Shown here piece after piece: positions 1 to 12,461 of a DNA stretch of 64,000 nt. Every line of letters begins with the position of its first letter. The stretch's first letter is position 1. The notes below the pieces were generated by a model. The model saw nothing but the letters and a program-made list of their open reading frames with translations. It searched no databases and was not told where the DNA came from. The DNA is from Hypanus sabinus. Taxonomy: Eukaryota. Made by a program: the position numbers and the translations under genes. Location: contig NC_082716.1 of assembly GCF_030144855.1 (NCBI RefSeq), positions 78,244,001 to 78,308,000 on the forward strand. The letters run 5' to 3'.

Positions 1-3000
1 AACTACTAAAATGCCCACGATGTCATCACTTCCGGGTCCGCCCCTTATTTTTGTTCCTCTTCTGGGTGCATGAGTTCAGAATTTGGTTAACCCTTTATTT
101 ATCAAAGGGTTGATTTCAGAAATATGGCTCAGACCATTAATTTTGTCTCTTGGAATACTAATGGCTTCAACCTTCTGATTAAACGGAAAAAGATTTTTAA
201 AGTATTCCAAAGACTGAATGCACATATTATTTTTGTACAAGTAACTCATGTGAGGAAAGAGGACAATCATCATTTTTTTTAGGTTTTGGAGGGGTCAACA
301 GTACCATTCAAATTCGAATGCTAAAGTAAAGGGAGTTTCAATTTTTATTGACTCCTCTATTGCATTTGTCCAACACGATATTATTTCGGATCTGAATGGT
401 AGATTTTTGTTAATTACTGGGTTACTATTTAACAAAAAGGTTGCTATGGTTAATGTTTATGCTCTAAATGTGGATTATCCCGATTTTCTTAAGTCCTTAT
501 TTACTTCTCTACCTAATCTAAATGAATATAGGTTAATAATGGGTGGTGACCTTAATTGTTGTTTAAATCCTTTGTTGGACAGATCTATATCTACTCAGAC
601 TTTACCTAATAAGTCAGCCACTTATATTAATTCTTTTTTGACTGATAATGGAATTTTTGATATTTGGAGATTTCGGCATTCTATGAACAAAGAGTTTTCA
701 TTTTTCTCACATGTTTATCATTCCTACTTGAGAATTGATTATTTTTTTATTGACTTGTTTTATTCCATCGGTAATTGGTTGTAATTATGATATTATAGCC
801 ATCTCTGACCATGGTCCATTAAAACTTCCTGTTAAATTTATGGATACAGCTTCTAGTGCTAGAAAATGACGATTTGATTCTACCTTACTGCAAGATCCGG
901 ATTTCATTAAATTTATGAAGGAACAGATCGATTTCTTCTTTTCAAATAATTCCACAGATGATATTTCTTGCGGAACACTTTGGGACACTTTTAAAGCATA
1001 TATACGTGGACAGATTATCTCCTATTCCGTTGGTTTGAGAAAACGCATTAAGAAGGAAACTCTTTTGTTGGTTGATAAAATTAAAGAGATTGACAAGTAA
1101 TATTCGACTGCTCCTAGTAAGGAGCTTTACAAACAAAGGGTTGAACTTCAAATGGAACATAGTTTATTACTTATATCTTCAATTGAAAATCAATTAATGA
1201 AAACCAGATCTGATTTTTATATACATAGTGATAAATCGGGTAAACTGTTAGCTAGTCAATTGAAGAATGCTTTGGTTAAACGTCAAATTACCAAGATCCG
1301 TCAGCAGAATGGGGATCTGACAGTTAACCATGATGAGATAAACAAATCATTTCAAGATTTTTATACCTCCCTGTATCATTCCGAATTCCCTCATGATCAT
1401 AATACCATGTGCGATTTTCTTGGGAAATTGAATTTTCCAAAATTATCATCAGATGATCTTTCAATATTAGAAACTCCTATTACAGATGTAGAAACTAAAG
1501 GGATTATTTCCTCTATGAATTCTGGGAAAGCACCAGGTCCAGATGGGTACACAGTAGAATTTTTAAAATGTTTTTCCGCTACTCTTTCTCCTTGGTTATG
1601 CAGGGTTTTTGAAGAAGCAATTAGATTGGGCAATCTGCCACAATCTGCCACAAGCTTCCATTTCTTTAATATTGAAGAAAGATAAAGACCCTACTGACTG
1701 TGCATCCTATAGACCATTATCTTTATTGAATGTAGATTCCAAGATCTTTTCCAAGTTACTGGCATCCAGGCTGGAGAAGGTATTACCCCAAATTATTTCA
1801 GAAGATCAAACTGGTTTTATTAAAAATCACTAATCTTTTTTCAATGTTAGGAGATTATTCAATATTGTTTATACTCTTTCACATAGCACTTCAGAATGTG
1901 TCATTTCATTAGATGCAAAGAAAGCATTTGATAGAGTTGAATGGCCATACTTATTTAACGTGCTTGAGAAGTTTAATTTTAGTCCGACATTCATTTCCTG
2001 GATTAAACTGATATATCATACTCCAGTAGCCTCGGTGCTTACTAACAATCAAAGATCTCCCTTTTTTCGTTTATTTTGGGGTACTAAACAAGGCTGTCCT
2101 CTTAGTCCATTATTATTCGATATTGCTTTAGAACCCTTGGCAATTGCTATCAGAGAATCACAGAACATTTTTGGCATTAATCATGGGACAGATATACATA
2201 AGCTATCATTATATGCAGATGATTTATTATTATTTATTTCTGATCCTGAGAAATCCATTCCTGCAGTTATTTCACTGTTGGCTCAATTTAGTGATTTTTC
2301 CCGGTATAAATTAAATCTTAATAAGAATGAATTGTTTCCTTTAAATAGGCAGGTTCCAATTTATGAAAATTTACCTTTTAAATTAGTTAATGACTCTTTT
2401 ATTTACTTAGGGATTAAAATCACAAAAAACTATAAGGACTTATTTAAGGTTGATTTTTTACCCTTAATCGATCAGATTAAATGTTTGTTTACTAAATGGT
2501 CACCAGTATCTTTATCGCTGATAGGTCAGATTAATGCTATTAAGATGGTTATTTTACGCAAGTTTTTATATATATTTCAAGCGGTACCAATTTTTATTCC
2601 AAAATCTTTTTTTGCTAATGTTGATTCAAAAATTTCCTCATATATATGGCAGAATAAAAATCCTAGATTAGGTAAAAAATATTTACAGAAGGCAAGGAAG
2701 GAAGGTGGATTGGCATTGCCTAATTTTAGATTTTATTATTGGGCAGTTAATATCCGATATTTGATATGTTCGTTAAAAGATTGGGATATATCTTTTAGCC
2801 CTCATTGGGTGAATCTGGAAATTAAATCTGTACAAGGATTTGCATTAGGTTTTATTTTAGGGACTTCTCTTTCCTTTGCTCTTTCTAAATTGCCGAAATG
2901 AATTGACAACCCGATAGTTAAACATTCTTTACGTATATGGTTTCAATTTCTGAAATTTTTTGGGTTGACTCAGTTTGTTTTAAATATTCCTATTGTATCC

Positions 3001-4300
3001 AATTTCTTTTTTTATCCTATTATAGACCAAGCTTATCCAGCTTGGAAGACCAAAGGATTACTATGATTTTCCGATTTATTTTTGGATAATTGTTTTATGT
3101 CTTTTGAACAATTATCTAATAAATATAATTTGCCTAGATTTCATTTTTGAGATATTCACAGAATAGGAATTTCTTAAATACTGTACTTCCTACCTTTCCA
3201 AATCTTGAGTCTTCGGGGATTTTGGAGAATTTGCTAGAATTAAATCCTTCTCAGAAAGGGGTAATATCAAAACTCTACAATATAATTATGAAGATACGTT
3301 CAGAGCCCTTCTATAAGATTAAAAATGATTGGGGAAGGGAACTTAACCTTACTATCCCTATTGAGAATTGGGATAAAATTCTTCAATTAGTCAATTTATC
3401 ATCTATATGTGCTAAACATTCATTAATACAGTTTAAAGTTGTGCAGAGAGCTCATATGTCCGAGGATAAATTGGCTCATTTTTATTCCTATATAAATCCT
3501 ATTTGTGACAGATGTCATTCTGAGATAGCGTCTTTAACTCATATGTTTTGGTCTTGTCCGCTTTTGAAAAAATATTGGAAAGACATTTTTGATATTATTT
3601 CCACTGTATTGAACATTGATTTACAACCTCATCCTATTACTGCAATTTTTGGTTTACCAATGATGGACTTACTCCATTTATCCTCTTCCGCTTGTCGAAT
3701 GATTGCATTTCTTACATTAATGACTAGAAGATCTATTTTGTTGAATTGGAAAGAAATTAATCCTCCTACCGTATTTCATTGGTTTTCTCAAACTATGTTA
3801 TGTCTAAATTTAGAGAAAATTACAAGTGTTGTATTTGACCCTTCTATTAAATTTGAAAAGATATGCAGACCACTTATTCAATACTTTCATATGATGTAAT
3901 GTGACCCTGTTCTAAGCCCATTTGTTTTTCCAGTTTTGATTTTATATATGTTGAGAGGATCAGAGTTGACGACACTGATGACTTTGTATCTTTGTTAGAT
4001 ATTATAAGCAGCCCATTTTTTAATCATTTTTCCCTTTTTTTTCCTTATTAGTTATTAGGTTGTCAGATTAGTTTTTCTAGCATAATTTTTTTTCATTTTT
4101 TTAAATATATATTATGATATACCTAGTTCTGCTTTGTTTATATGTTACTTGTATCATCCATGATTTGGGAAGACTCATTTATATTGTAACTATTGCTTAT
4201 GTATCATTTTATGTTCAGTTTAAATTTGTATGTTTGTAATCCCTTTATCTATGTATTAATCTTATTATGTTGATATTAATAATAATAATAAAAAGATTGG
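1..4300 (+). mobile_element. L1-clade LINE: disrupted ORF2 (endonuclease, RT, C-terminal Cys motif) and 3' UTR; 5' part outside window
   Basis: ORF2 starts near 124 (MAQTINFVSWNTNG); MGGDLN, RIDYF, KAPGPDG, QGCPLSP, LYADD and CDRC...HMFWSC motifs spread over several frames, with stops; ends TAA 3899; T-rich 3' UTR ending AATAATAATAAAAAG. Confidence 0.92.
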
Positions 4301-4426
4301 AAGTGTGGTTTACAGGTAATTTCGAAGACAGCATTATCTATACTTTGTAAATTTGAATTGTCCTCTATGTTAGCAAGTAAAATACCAAATAAAAGTATTG
4401 TGGATTTAACTTGCATTCCTAAAGGC

Positions 4427-4706
4427 TGTGAATACCAGCCCAGGCATGCTGGCATTGGGAAGAATGGGTCAGAAGGTGTGATGTTTCGTATGTAGCTTCA
4501 AAAGAAAGCATTGTCTATACTTGTAAATGTGTTTATACTCCTTTGTGTTTAGCACATAAATATAGAGCTCACATTGGGCTAGCAGGTCTTTCCACCGAAA
4601 GCATCTCCGTCCATATGACGCCTGCTGAACCTGGTTTTGTCGAATAAAGAAGCTGCTTTGTATCTACCAGTAACTCTCTCTCTGGTGATTTCATTCACGC
4701 GACACA
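4427..4706 (+). mobile_element. Probable solo LTR
   Basis: TGTG...CACA termini, TATA-like ATAAATATA, AATAAA near 4643, and flanking AAGGC/GAGGC imperfect 5-bp TSD. Confidence 0.55.
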
Positions 4707-4711
4707 GAGGC

Positions 4712-5095
4712 GCTTCTGCTACCTCAGGAGTTTGCAAAGATTTAGTATAACACCTAAAACTTCAGCAAAACTTCGACAGATGTGCGGTGGAGAGTATCCT
4801 GACTGGCTGTATCACAGCCTGGCACGGAAACACCAATGCCCTTGAATGGAAAATCCTACAAAGTGCAGTGGATACAGCCCAGTCCATCAGAGATCAAGCC
4901 CTCCCCACCACTGCGCACGTCTACATGAAGTGTTGTCGCAGGAAAGCAGGGACTACCACCAGGGACCCCCATTACCCAGGTCACGCTCTCTTCTCACTGC
5001 TGCCATCATGGTGGTGGTATAGGAGCCTCAGGACTCACCACCGGGTTCAGCAAGAGTTATCACCTCTCAACCACCAGGCTCTTGAACCAGAGGAA
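4712..5095 (+). mobile_element. Rex1/Babar-like LINE 3' fragment
   Basis: ESILTGCITAWHGN...DPHYPGHALFSLLPS motif shared with other copies in the window. Confidence 0.75.
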
Positions 5096-6389
5096 TCTCA
5101 GTGTTCTGTAAGGTGACATACATGTACTAAATTTGCTCTGAATTTCCCCAACATTTGCTAAGGCAATACATACAGTTGGAGGTAGTAGAGACAATAACAA
5201 GCCAACCCATGTACTCTTTGAAATTTCAACCCTACACAGATTTGGGAGGAAATATTAGCAGGTGCTTCTTATTGGTTTGGATGCTAATTCAGTTCCACTC
5301 TGAACATAAGCAACAGTGCTTTATGCACATACTAAAAGTAAGCTGCCTGGAACTGTTTTGGGTGGGAAAAAAAATTATGAACAAGAACAATTAATACATA
5401 TAGCTGTGACCAGTGTGATTTGCATTTTGGCCTACTAGGTCTAATGGGAGGGGTAGTATGAAAGTTCCTTCTGTGCCCACCTACCTGCTAAAGCACAAAA
5501 CACAAAAATATGTTCCTTTGCCTACTTCGTTTGCATCTCCCTACAGGAAAGGATTGGTATAAGTCTCCGGTTCTCTCGGGTGGGGGGGGGGGGGGGGAAT
5601 TGTGTTTCGGAGAGTGTTAACAGGTGAAAAGATATCACGTGTTTACAAATTCCTGAGACAACTTTACTTCCTGCCCATTACACCGCTGGCGTTCAGGGTA
5701 GCAATGATGGTCCTCCATCTGTCTGTCCATAAAGAAGGGTTCTTCATTGCTCATTCCACAACAACTTTATTTTGGACCAGTCAGGATTGTTAACTCTGAG
5801 CTGAACACGCAAACCCAGAGGACCAGTGGACCACAATTATTCTGGCCTCTACCCTTTGACTTCTATGGTATGGGTGACCCTAACAAGAGCCAAAGCATAA
5901 TGCCCTGACTAGAGCCAATATAGCTCCCCAGGTCATTGAGGCGCGCAAACCTCCAACCCTACAGGGCTGTGATCCTCTTGGAGGTAGAGGCAATATTTCC
6001 CAATCATTATATGGAGTCCTAAATCTATTCCTTGAGCAACAGATAACAGATCTTTGGTTCAACCTCAATCTGTTACTTGCATTTGATTAACCCAGACCTT
6101 CCTCAGGACAGGTCAGGAGGATGAGGACTGTAAAGGTGGTGATATTGCTGTCTGTGCATTGATAATCCCCGACACATTGGGCATAAGAACACCACCAATC
6201 ATAAAAACTGCAGGGCCAGTTTGTTGGGCTCGGCAGCTTACGTTTCTGCATAGCTTTAAGGACACGTTTCAAAACCATTCCGAGGCTTGAACTGTGGTTC
6301 TCTCCTGCTTTTAGAGACCACTATCATCCAGGTACCAAAGGGAAAAAAAGGTTATATGTCTTAATGCTCACTGCCCAATGACTCTAAGA

Positions 6390-7530
6390 TCTACTATTAT
6401 GAATGCTCCAAGAGGCAGGCCACTGCGCACGTCAACTCCAGCTTTTCAGACAACTGTGATCACTGCAATCCACCTACTGCCAAATCAGATCTATGGTGGA
6501 TACTATTTCGCTGGCCCCGCACTCATATCTGGAGCATTTGGACAGTAAAGAAACTTAAGTCAGACTGCAGTCCTGCTTCAGTTCTACTATCACAGGCAAA
6601 CTTATTACCAAATCCCGAGTTAACACTTCCCTCTGCAACTCTGACCTTTGACCAATGAGCCACAATCAGTAAGGATAGGCTGCAACTCCTCCGCCTCAAT
6701 TATTCTAACCATGGGTGCTCCGCAAGGTAGCGTCACGACTGCTTGTGGCCAGATTCTGCCCCAACTCCATCTATAAATTTGCAGATGATACACCTGTAGT
6801 GGGTTGTATCTCGAATAATGATGAATCAAAGTACAGAAAGGAGAGAGGGAGCTTAGTGACATGGTATCATGACAACCCTTGCGCTCAGTGTCAACTAAAG
6901 TGCTGGTCATCGACTTCAGAAGGGAGCTGGTCACATACTCATGTCCACATCAACGGTGTTGAAATTGACAGGGTCAAGAGCTTCAAGTTCCCAGATATGA
7001 ACATCAGCAACAGACAGTCCTCGTCCAACCACATTAATGTCAGGACAAGAAAGCTCACCAACACCTCAGGAAACTGAAGAAATTCGACTCTGACCAATTT
7101 TTATCATTGCATTCTGTCTGGAAGCAGGACGTCCTGGTACGGCACCTGCTCTGCACGTCACCATCAGAAACTGCAGACGGTTGTGGACACATCTCAGCAC
7201 ATCAAATGAACCAGTCTACCCTCTATGGACTCTGTCTATTTCTCGCTGCCTCAGTAGAGCAGTCAGCATCAAAGACCCTCCCAAGCAGGGCAGGACATCC
7301 TCTGTTCTAACCTCTCACACCGGACAGAAGATACAAAAGCCAGAAGGCACTTACTAACTGTCTCAAAGACAGTCTCTATACCCCAGTGAGCAGACTCTTC
7401 CAACAGATCTCATGCACGATAAGATGGACTCTTGGCCTCACAATCTATCTCATTAGGATCTTACGCTTTTATCATTTTACCTGCACTGTACTTTCAAAGT
7501 AACTTTGACACTTTATTCTGCATTGTTACT
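6390..7530 (+). mobile_element. Degenerate Rex1/Babar-like LINE
   Basis: GAPQG and IYKFADDTPVVGCISNNDES RT remnants plus the family 3' tail. Confidence 0.7.
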
Positions 7531-8254
7531 GTTGTACCTTTTTTAAATTGTGTATTGATTTGAGTTGCAGATCTTTCCAAAGCCCACACTGAAATACTGC
7601 AAAGCCAGCAGAAAAGCAAGCCAGCCAAAGACCTCTAGATGGGTTCAAGTTAAGTTTCTTGACAATAATGCACTTTATTGACTTAGCCTTAAGGATACTG
7701 TCACTAAAGCATATTTGAACCATATTCAATGTACATAACACTATTATTCCAATCCCTTCAAGCCAACTCATCCCTCATTATTGACATTTTAGTACAGTAC
7801 GTTGCCGTGTTTCTGTTGCTATTTCTTCTGCTTGTACCTTCTAACAAGAACACAACTCCATTTAACCATGACTGCACTGTGAGTTTAATAATTAATGTCA
7901 TACTTATTGCTCCCATGATCAGACAATAATAATTAAACTGCACTGTACACGTATTATCTGTACTAAGGCAGGAGCACACTAATGGAAACCAAAACTGTCA
8001 TTTTGATAAACATCAAGTATTCTATGACTACGTGCATTCATTACAACTTCAGCTGATTATTTTTCATAACTCAACTTTATAATCCACATTTTACATCTCA
8101 AATACATACAATAAAGATTATTTTTATTCATAAAAACATAAAACGTGTAACGTGTATTGCTAAATCCTATTTTTGACCTTGGGCAGTTAACAATAAATTA
8201 GCTTTTGAATGCTATAAACGGAAACTGCAGCAATCCTGTGGATAAAGCATGAGA

Positions 8255-8288
8255 CTGCTGCCATCTAGTGGCAATATCCAGTAGTGCG
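8255..8288 (-). promoter_or_regulatory. Candidate CTCF binding site
   Basis: Minus strand reads CGCACTACTGGATATTGCCACTAGATGGCAGCAG: near-consensus core with an upstream-module-like segment, in non-repetitive DNA. Confidence 0.55.
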
Positions 8289-8664
8289 TCATATCGTCAA
8301 CAGCTCCAATTAACCTGCATCAAGCATTTGCAGTATCATGTGTCTCCAATTCAACTGATTTAGCCTTCATCAATATAATTCAACATTACACTGCACATTA
8401 AGCTGCATGTTATTCTGCTAAACCTGAATGGACTTCATGGTCAATGAAATAAAATGCCAGATTTCCTCATATGCGCCAGTGTCTTCTCAGTATTAAGTTG
8501 ACAGTTCTTATTTATTAGTCATGGGACCTATAAACAAGACATTAGTGATTGAATTCACGATGCAGTCACAATAATTGCTTATTAAAGTGGATTGTTAATC
8601 TAAAGGTAAGGGGATTACTTTATAAACTTATTCTTCGACGAACTGCACAAAATACTTAAAAACA

Positions 8665-8925
8665 AGCAACACGCACAACATGCTGGAAGAACTCAGCAGG
8701 TCGGGCAGCATCCATGGAAACGAGCAGTCAACGTTTCGGGCCGAGACCCTTCGTCAGTACTGAAGAGGGAGGGGGCAGGGGCCCTATAAAGAAGGTGGGG
8801 GAGGGTGGGAAGGAGAAGGCTGGTAGGTGACAGGTGAAAAACCAGTAAAGGGAAAGATCAAGGGGAAGCAGGGAGGGAATAGGCAGGAAAGGTGAAGGAG
8901 GAATGTAAGGGGAAAGCACTATGGG
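8665..8925 (-). mobile_element. Penelope-like element pLTR fragment
   Basis: Same family as the GIY-YIG-bearing copy at 21738-22382; carries a hammerhead motif. Confidence 0.7.
8725..8762 (-). ncRNA. Minimal type I hammerhead ribozyme motif (Penelope-associated)
   Basis: cagta-CTGACGA-aggg-tctcgg-ccc-GAAA-cg-TT-gactg: intact core, GUU cleavage triplet, one mismatch at the base of stem I. Confidence 0.55.
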
Positions 8926-9149
8926 TATCTGCAAAACCTGTTGCTGATGTTTGTTGGAACAGGTGGGAAACTAAAATTGAAACCCTGTCTCCTCTTAGGC
9001 AGAGATTCCATGAGACTGTTCAAGCACAGGGGGATTGTTCAGGTGACCTTATCAACATTCCCTCACCAAACATCATCTGAAACAGATGATCTTGGTCATT
9101 ACTGTTTTGCCAGCTGATGGCATGACTTGTCATTGTGGAGATGTGGCCA

Positions 9150-9620
9150 TTGGAGAAAGTCCAGAGGAGGTTTGTGAGGATGATTTCAAGAATGAAGGGG
9201 TTAACATATGACGAGTGTTTGACAGCTTTGGCCCTGTACTCAGTAATTTGGAAACCTACCGAATATTGAAAAGATTAGATAAGGTGGATGTGGAGAGGTG
9301 GGTGTATCTCGAACTCGAGGGCACAGCCTCTGAATGAAGGGGCTGGCTTTTATAAAGGGGTAAGGAGGAATTTTTTTTTTAGCCAAAGAGTAGTAAATCT
9401 GTGGAATGCTCTGCCACAGACTGTGGTGGAGGCCAAGTCCATGGGTATAAATTTAAAGCGAAAGTTAATAGTTTCCTGATTGGTCAGGGCATCAAAGGTT
9501 ATTGTGAGATGGCAGGTGTATGGGGTTAAGTGGAAGCTGGGATCAGCCATGATGGAATGGCAGGACGGACTTGATGGGCCGAATGGCCTAATTCTGCTTC
9601 CGTGTCTTTATGGTCTATTT
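9150..9620 (+). mobile_element. CR1 LINE 3' fragment
   Basis: FFSQRVVNLWNALP motif and CR1 3' tail. Confidence 0.75.
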
Positions 9621-9865
9621 ATTCTATATTGCACATCTCTACATTTCAGAATAACATCACTAGTTGATTGCCTGTTGTTTTGGAATATCCTAGGTTAATG
9701 TGGAAAAATTTCATTGGAATACAATTTCTTGTCTTCCTAAGTTTGCCTGTACCTTCCATTAGAGCTGAAGATACTATATTCTACTGTTGCTACCTATAAA
9801 CAAGACAATATCAGCAAATTCAAAATACAATGGTGCTTGAAACAAAGATTAAAGGGGCAAGCAGT

Positions 9866-10700
9866 AACATAGAAAACCTACAGCACAATACAGGCCCTTT
9901 GGCCCACAAAGTTGTGCCAAACATGTACTTACTTTAGAAATTACCTAGGGTTACCCATAGCCCTCTTTTTCTAAGCTCCATGTATCTATTCAAGAGACTC
10001 TTAAAAGACCCTATCGTATCTGCCTCTATCACTACCGGCAGCCCATTCCATGCACTCACTGAACTCTCTGTGCAAAAAAACTTATCCCTGACATCACCTC
10101 TGTACCTACTTCGAGCACCTTACAAGTCTGCTCTCTCATGTTAGCCATTTCGGCCCTGGGAAAAAGCCTCTAACTAGCCACATGATCAATGCCTCTCATC
10201 ATCTTATACACCTCTATTGGGTCACCTTCCATCCTCCGTTGCTCCATGGAAAAAAAGGCCAAGTTCACTCAACCTATTCTCATTAGGCATGCTCCCCAAT
10301 CCAGGCAACATCCTTGTAAATCTCCTCTGCACCATTTCTATGGTCTCCATGTCCTCCCTGTAGGGAGGTGACCAGAACTGAGCACAGTACTCCTAGTGGG
10401 GTCTGACCAGGGTCCCATAGAGCTGCAGCATTACCTCTCCGCTCTTGAACTCAATCCCATGGTTGATGAACGCTAATATACCGTATGCCTTTTTAACCAC
10501 AGAGTCAACATGCACAGTAGCTTTGAGTGTCCTATGTTCTTGGACCCCAAGATCCTTCTCATTCTCCACACTGCCAAAAGTCTTACCATTATTACAATAT
10601 TCTGCCATTCATATGTGACCTACCAAAATGAACCACCTCATACTTAACGGGGTTGAACACCATCTGCCACTTCTCAGCTCAGTTTTGTATCCTATCGATG
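9866..10700 (-). mobile_element. CR1 LINE 3' fragment
   Basis: EKDLGVQ...VVKKAYGILAFI...LVRPH on the minus strand; same subfamily as 63392-64000. Confidence 0.8.
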
Positions 10701-11616
10701 GTTTGTTATTTTAGGAAGATAATTCTATGAGGGGTTTCCTCCAATTTTGTTAAGCGTACACACTTCCGGAAATCTTTTAATAGAGAAAATTTAACAATAT
10801 TTATCCCAAGCCTCAGTTTCATCAGTATCACTGATTGCAGGACAATTCAAGACAAGGATACTGCAGTACTCCAGTGCATATCTCAGTCATTAATGGCTTC
10901 ATTCTCAAGTTAATGTTCTCCTATAAACTAGTTTCTAATTTTAATTCATGAATTGGGAAAACAAAGAACAAAACGCAATGCAATTTGATCCTGTTTTTTC
11001 AGGTTGATGACCAGAATAATGTACCTCAGATTTCCATGAACGTTTCATTGGCAGTTTTTCAAAAATCTGCCTTCAGATACAAATCATCTACATTATCAAA
11101 AGCAAGTAATTTGGGCTAGTGTTCTCCTGGACTAAATGAGGGTGAGAAACGCTCATTTACTCGAGAACTTTTACAATTTGCAACTCTCCCAGAGATTGCG
11201 TGGCAGCTGTGGGTGCTGGAGAGAATGCACAGCGTCACTCAGCGGCTCGCCACTCCCTGGGGCAGGCGAGGTGGACCGTGGTGTTATTTTGGAGAGGTGG
11301 AGAAAGCTTGTCAGCTTTAGCTGATCTGTTTGGAAGTGGAAGGAGGGCAGATCTCGTGATGCAGAAACTAAAGGGGCAAAGCAAAAGCAGCTTGCGTGAA
11401 AGCTGTGGCACTTAACAAGATCATAGCCTCTCTTGCATCTTATGCACGTTCCTGTCTGACTCTCATAGCCTACAATCTCCTCAGCACCCAAACAGCTGTT
11501 GATTGCAGCCTTGACTGTGGTATTCTTGAGGGATTGAAAGAGCCTTTTCCACACGAAGCACCAATTCACATTGGACCATTGTTCAGCGCAAGTCCAAACT
11601 GCCGTCCTTCATAGAT

Positions 11617-11793
11617 CAGGGGATCCCAACCTGAGGTCTACGGACCACTTACTTAATGGAACACACACAAAATGCGGGAGGATTTTGCGCTTTGTTGCCT
11701 TTGATTTCCAGTATCTGCAGATTTTCTGGTGTTTGTGGTTCACTTGCTTAATGGTATTGGTCCGTGGCATTTAAAAAAGGTTGAAAACCCCTG
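11617..11793. mobile_element. hAT-type MITE interrupted by a short Penelope-like fragment
   Basis: CAGGGG...CCCCTG termini, same family as 20925 and 27045; internal ACACACAAAATGC...CCAGTATCTGCAG segment. Confidence 0.55.
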
Positions 11794-11859
11794 GACTGGA
11801 CAATAAAGCAGGTAGACTTTGAGGACGAGGGGGAAATAACAAAAGCAGCAGTACACGTG

Positions 11860-12460
11860 GTAAGGAAGGTAGAGAAGGCGCATGTCACTTGCCTTCTCTG
11901 GTCACGGCGTAGAGTACAAAAGCTGGAAAGTCATGTTGCAGCTGTAGAAAGTTTGGTTAGGCCATATTTAGAACCTTGTGTGCAGCCCAGTCACTGCACT
12001 TCAGCAAGGATGCGGACATTTTGAAGAGGGAGAAGGCAGTTACCAGGATGTGCCCAGATTGGACAGCATTAGCTACAAGAAGTTGGACAAACTCAGAGTG
12101 TCAGAGGCTGAGAGGAGATTCAGCAGAAGTACATAACATTATGAGGGGCAAATAAAGGGTAAACGGTCAAAGTCTTCCTCCTCCAGGGTGGCACTATCAA
12201 ATACAAGAGCGTATAGGCTTAAGGTGAAGGAGAGAAAGTTTAAGATGATCTGCAAAGCGAGTTTTTGTTTTAAATGGTGGTTACTGAAATGTACTGCCTG
12301 AACAGAAGATGGAAACAGATATGATAATCACATTTAAGAGGCATTTAGATGGGTTCAGACTGGTAAGGAACAGAGGGATACACACCTTGTGCAGAATGGT
12401 GGGATTAGTTAGATTATCATGGTTGGCTTGCCAGGGGGCCTGTTTCTGAGCTGTACTGAT
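11860..12460 (+). mobile_element. Old CR1 3' fragment
   Basis: Degenerate C-terminal CR1 ORF2 and tail directly abutting the younger CR1. Confidence 0.6.
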
Positions 12461-12461
12461 C

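Noticed and set aside
5578-5597. Poly-G/C tracts (also about 16886, 20250, 47900, 63111) as functional G-quadruplexes
   Set aside because: Simple homopolymers, several inside repeats and error-prone in length; no further support.
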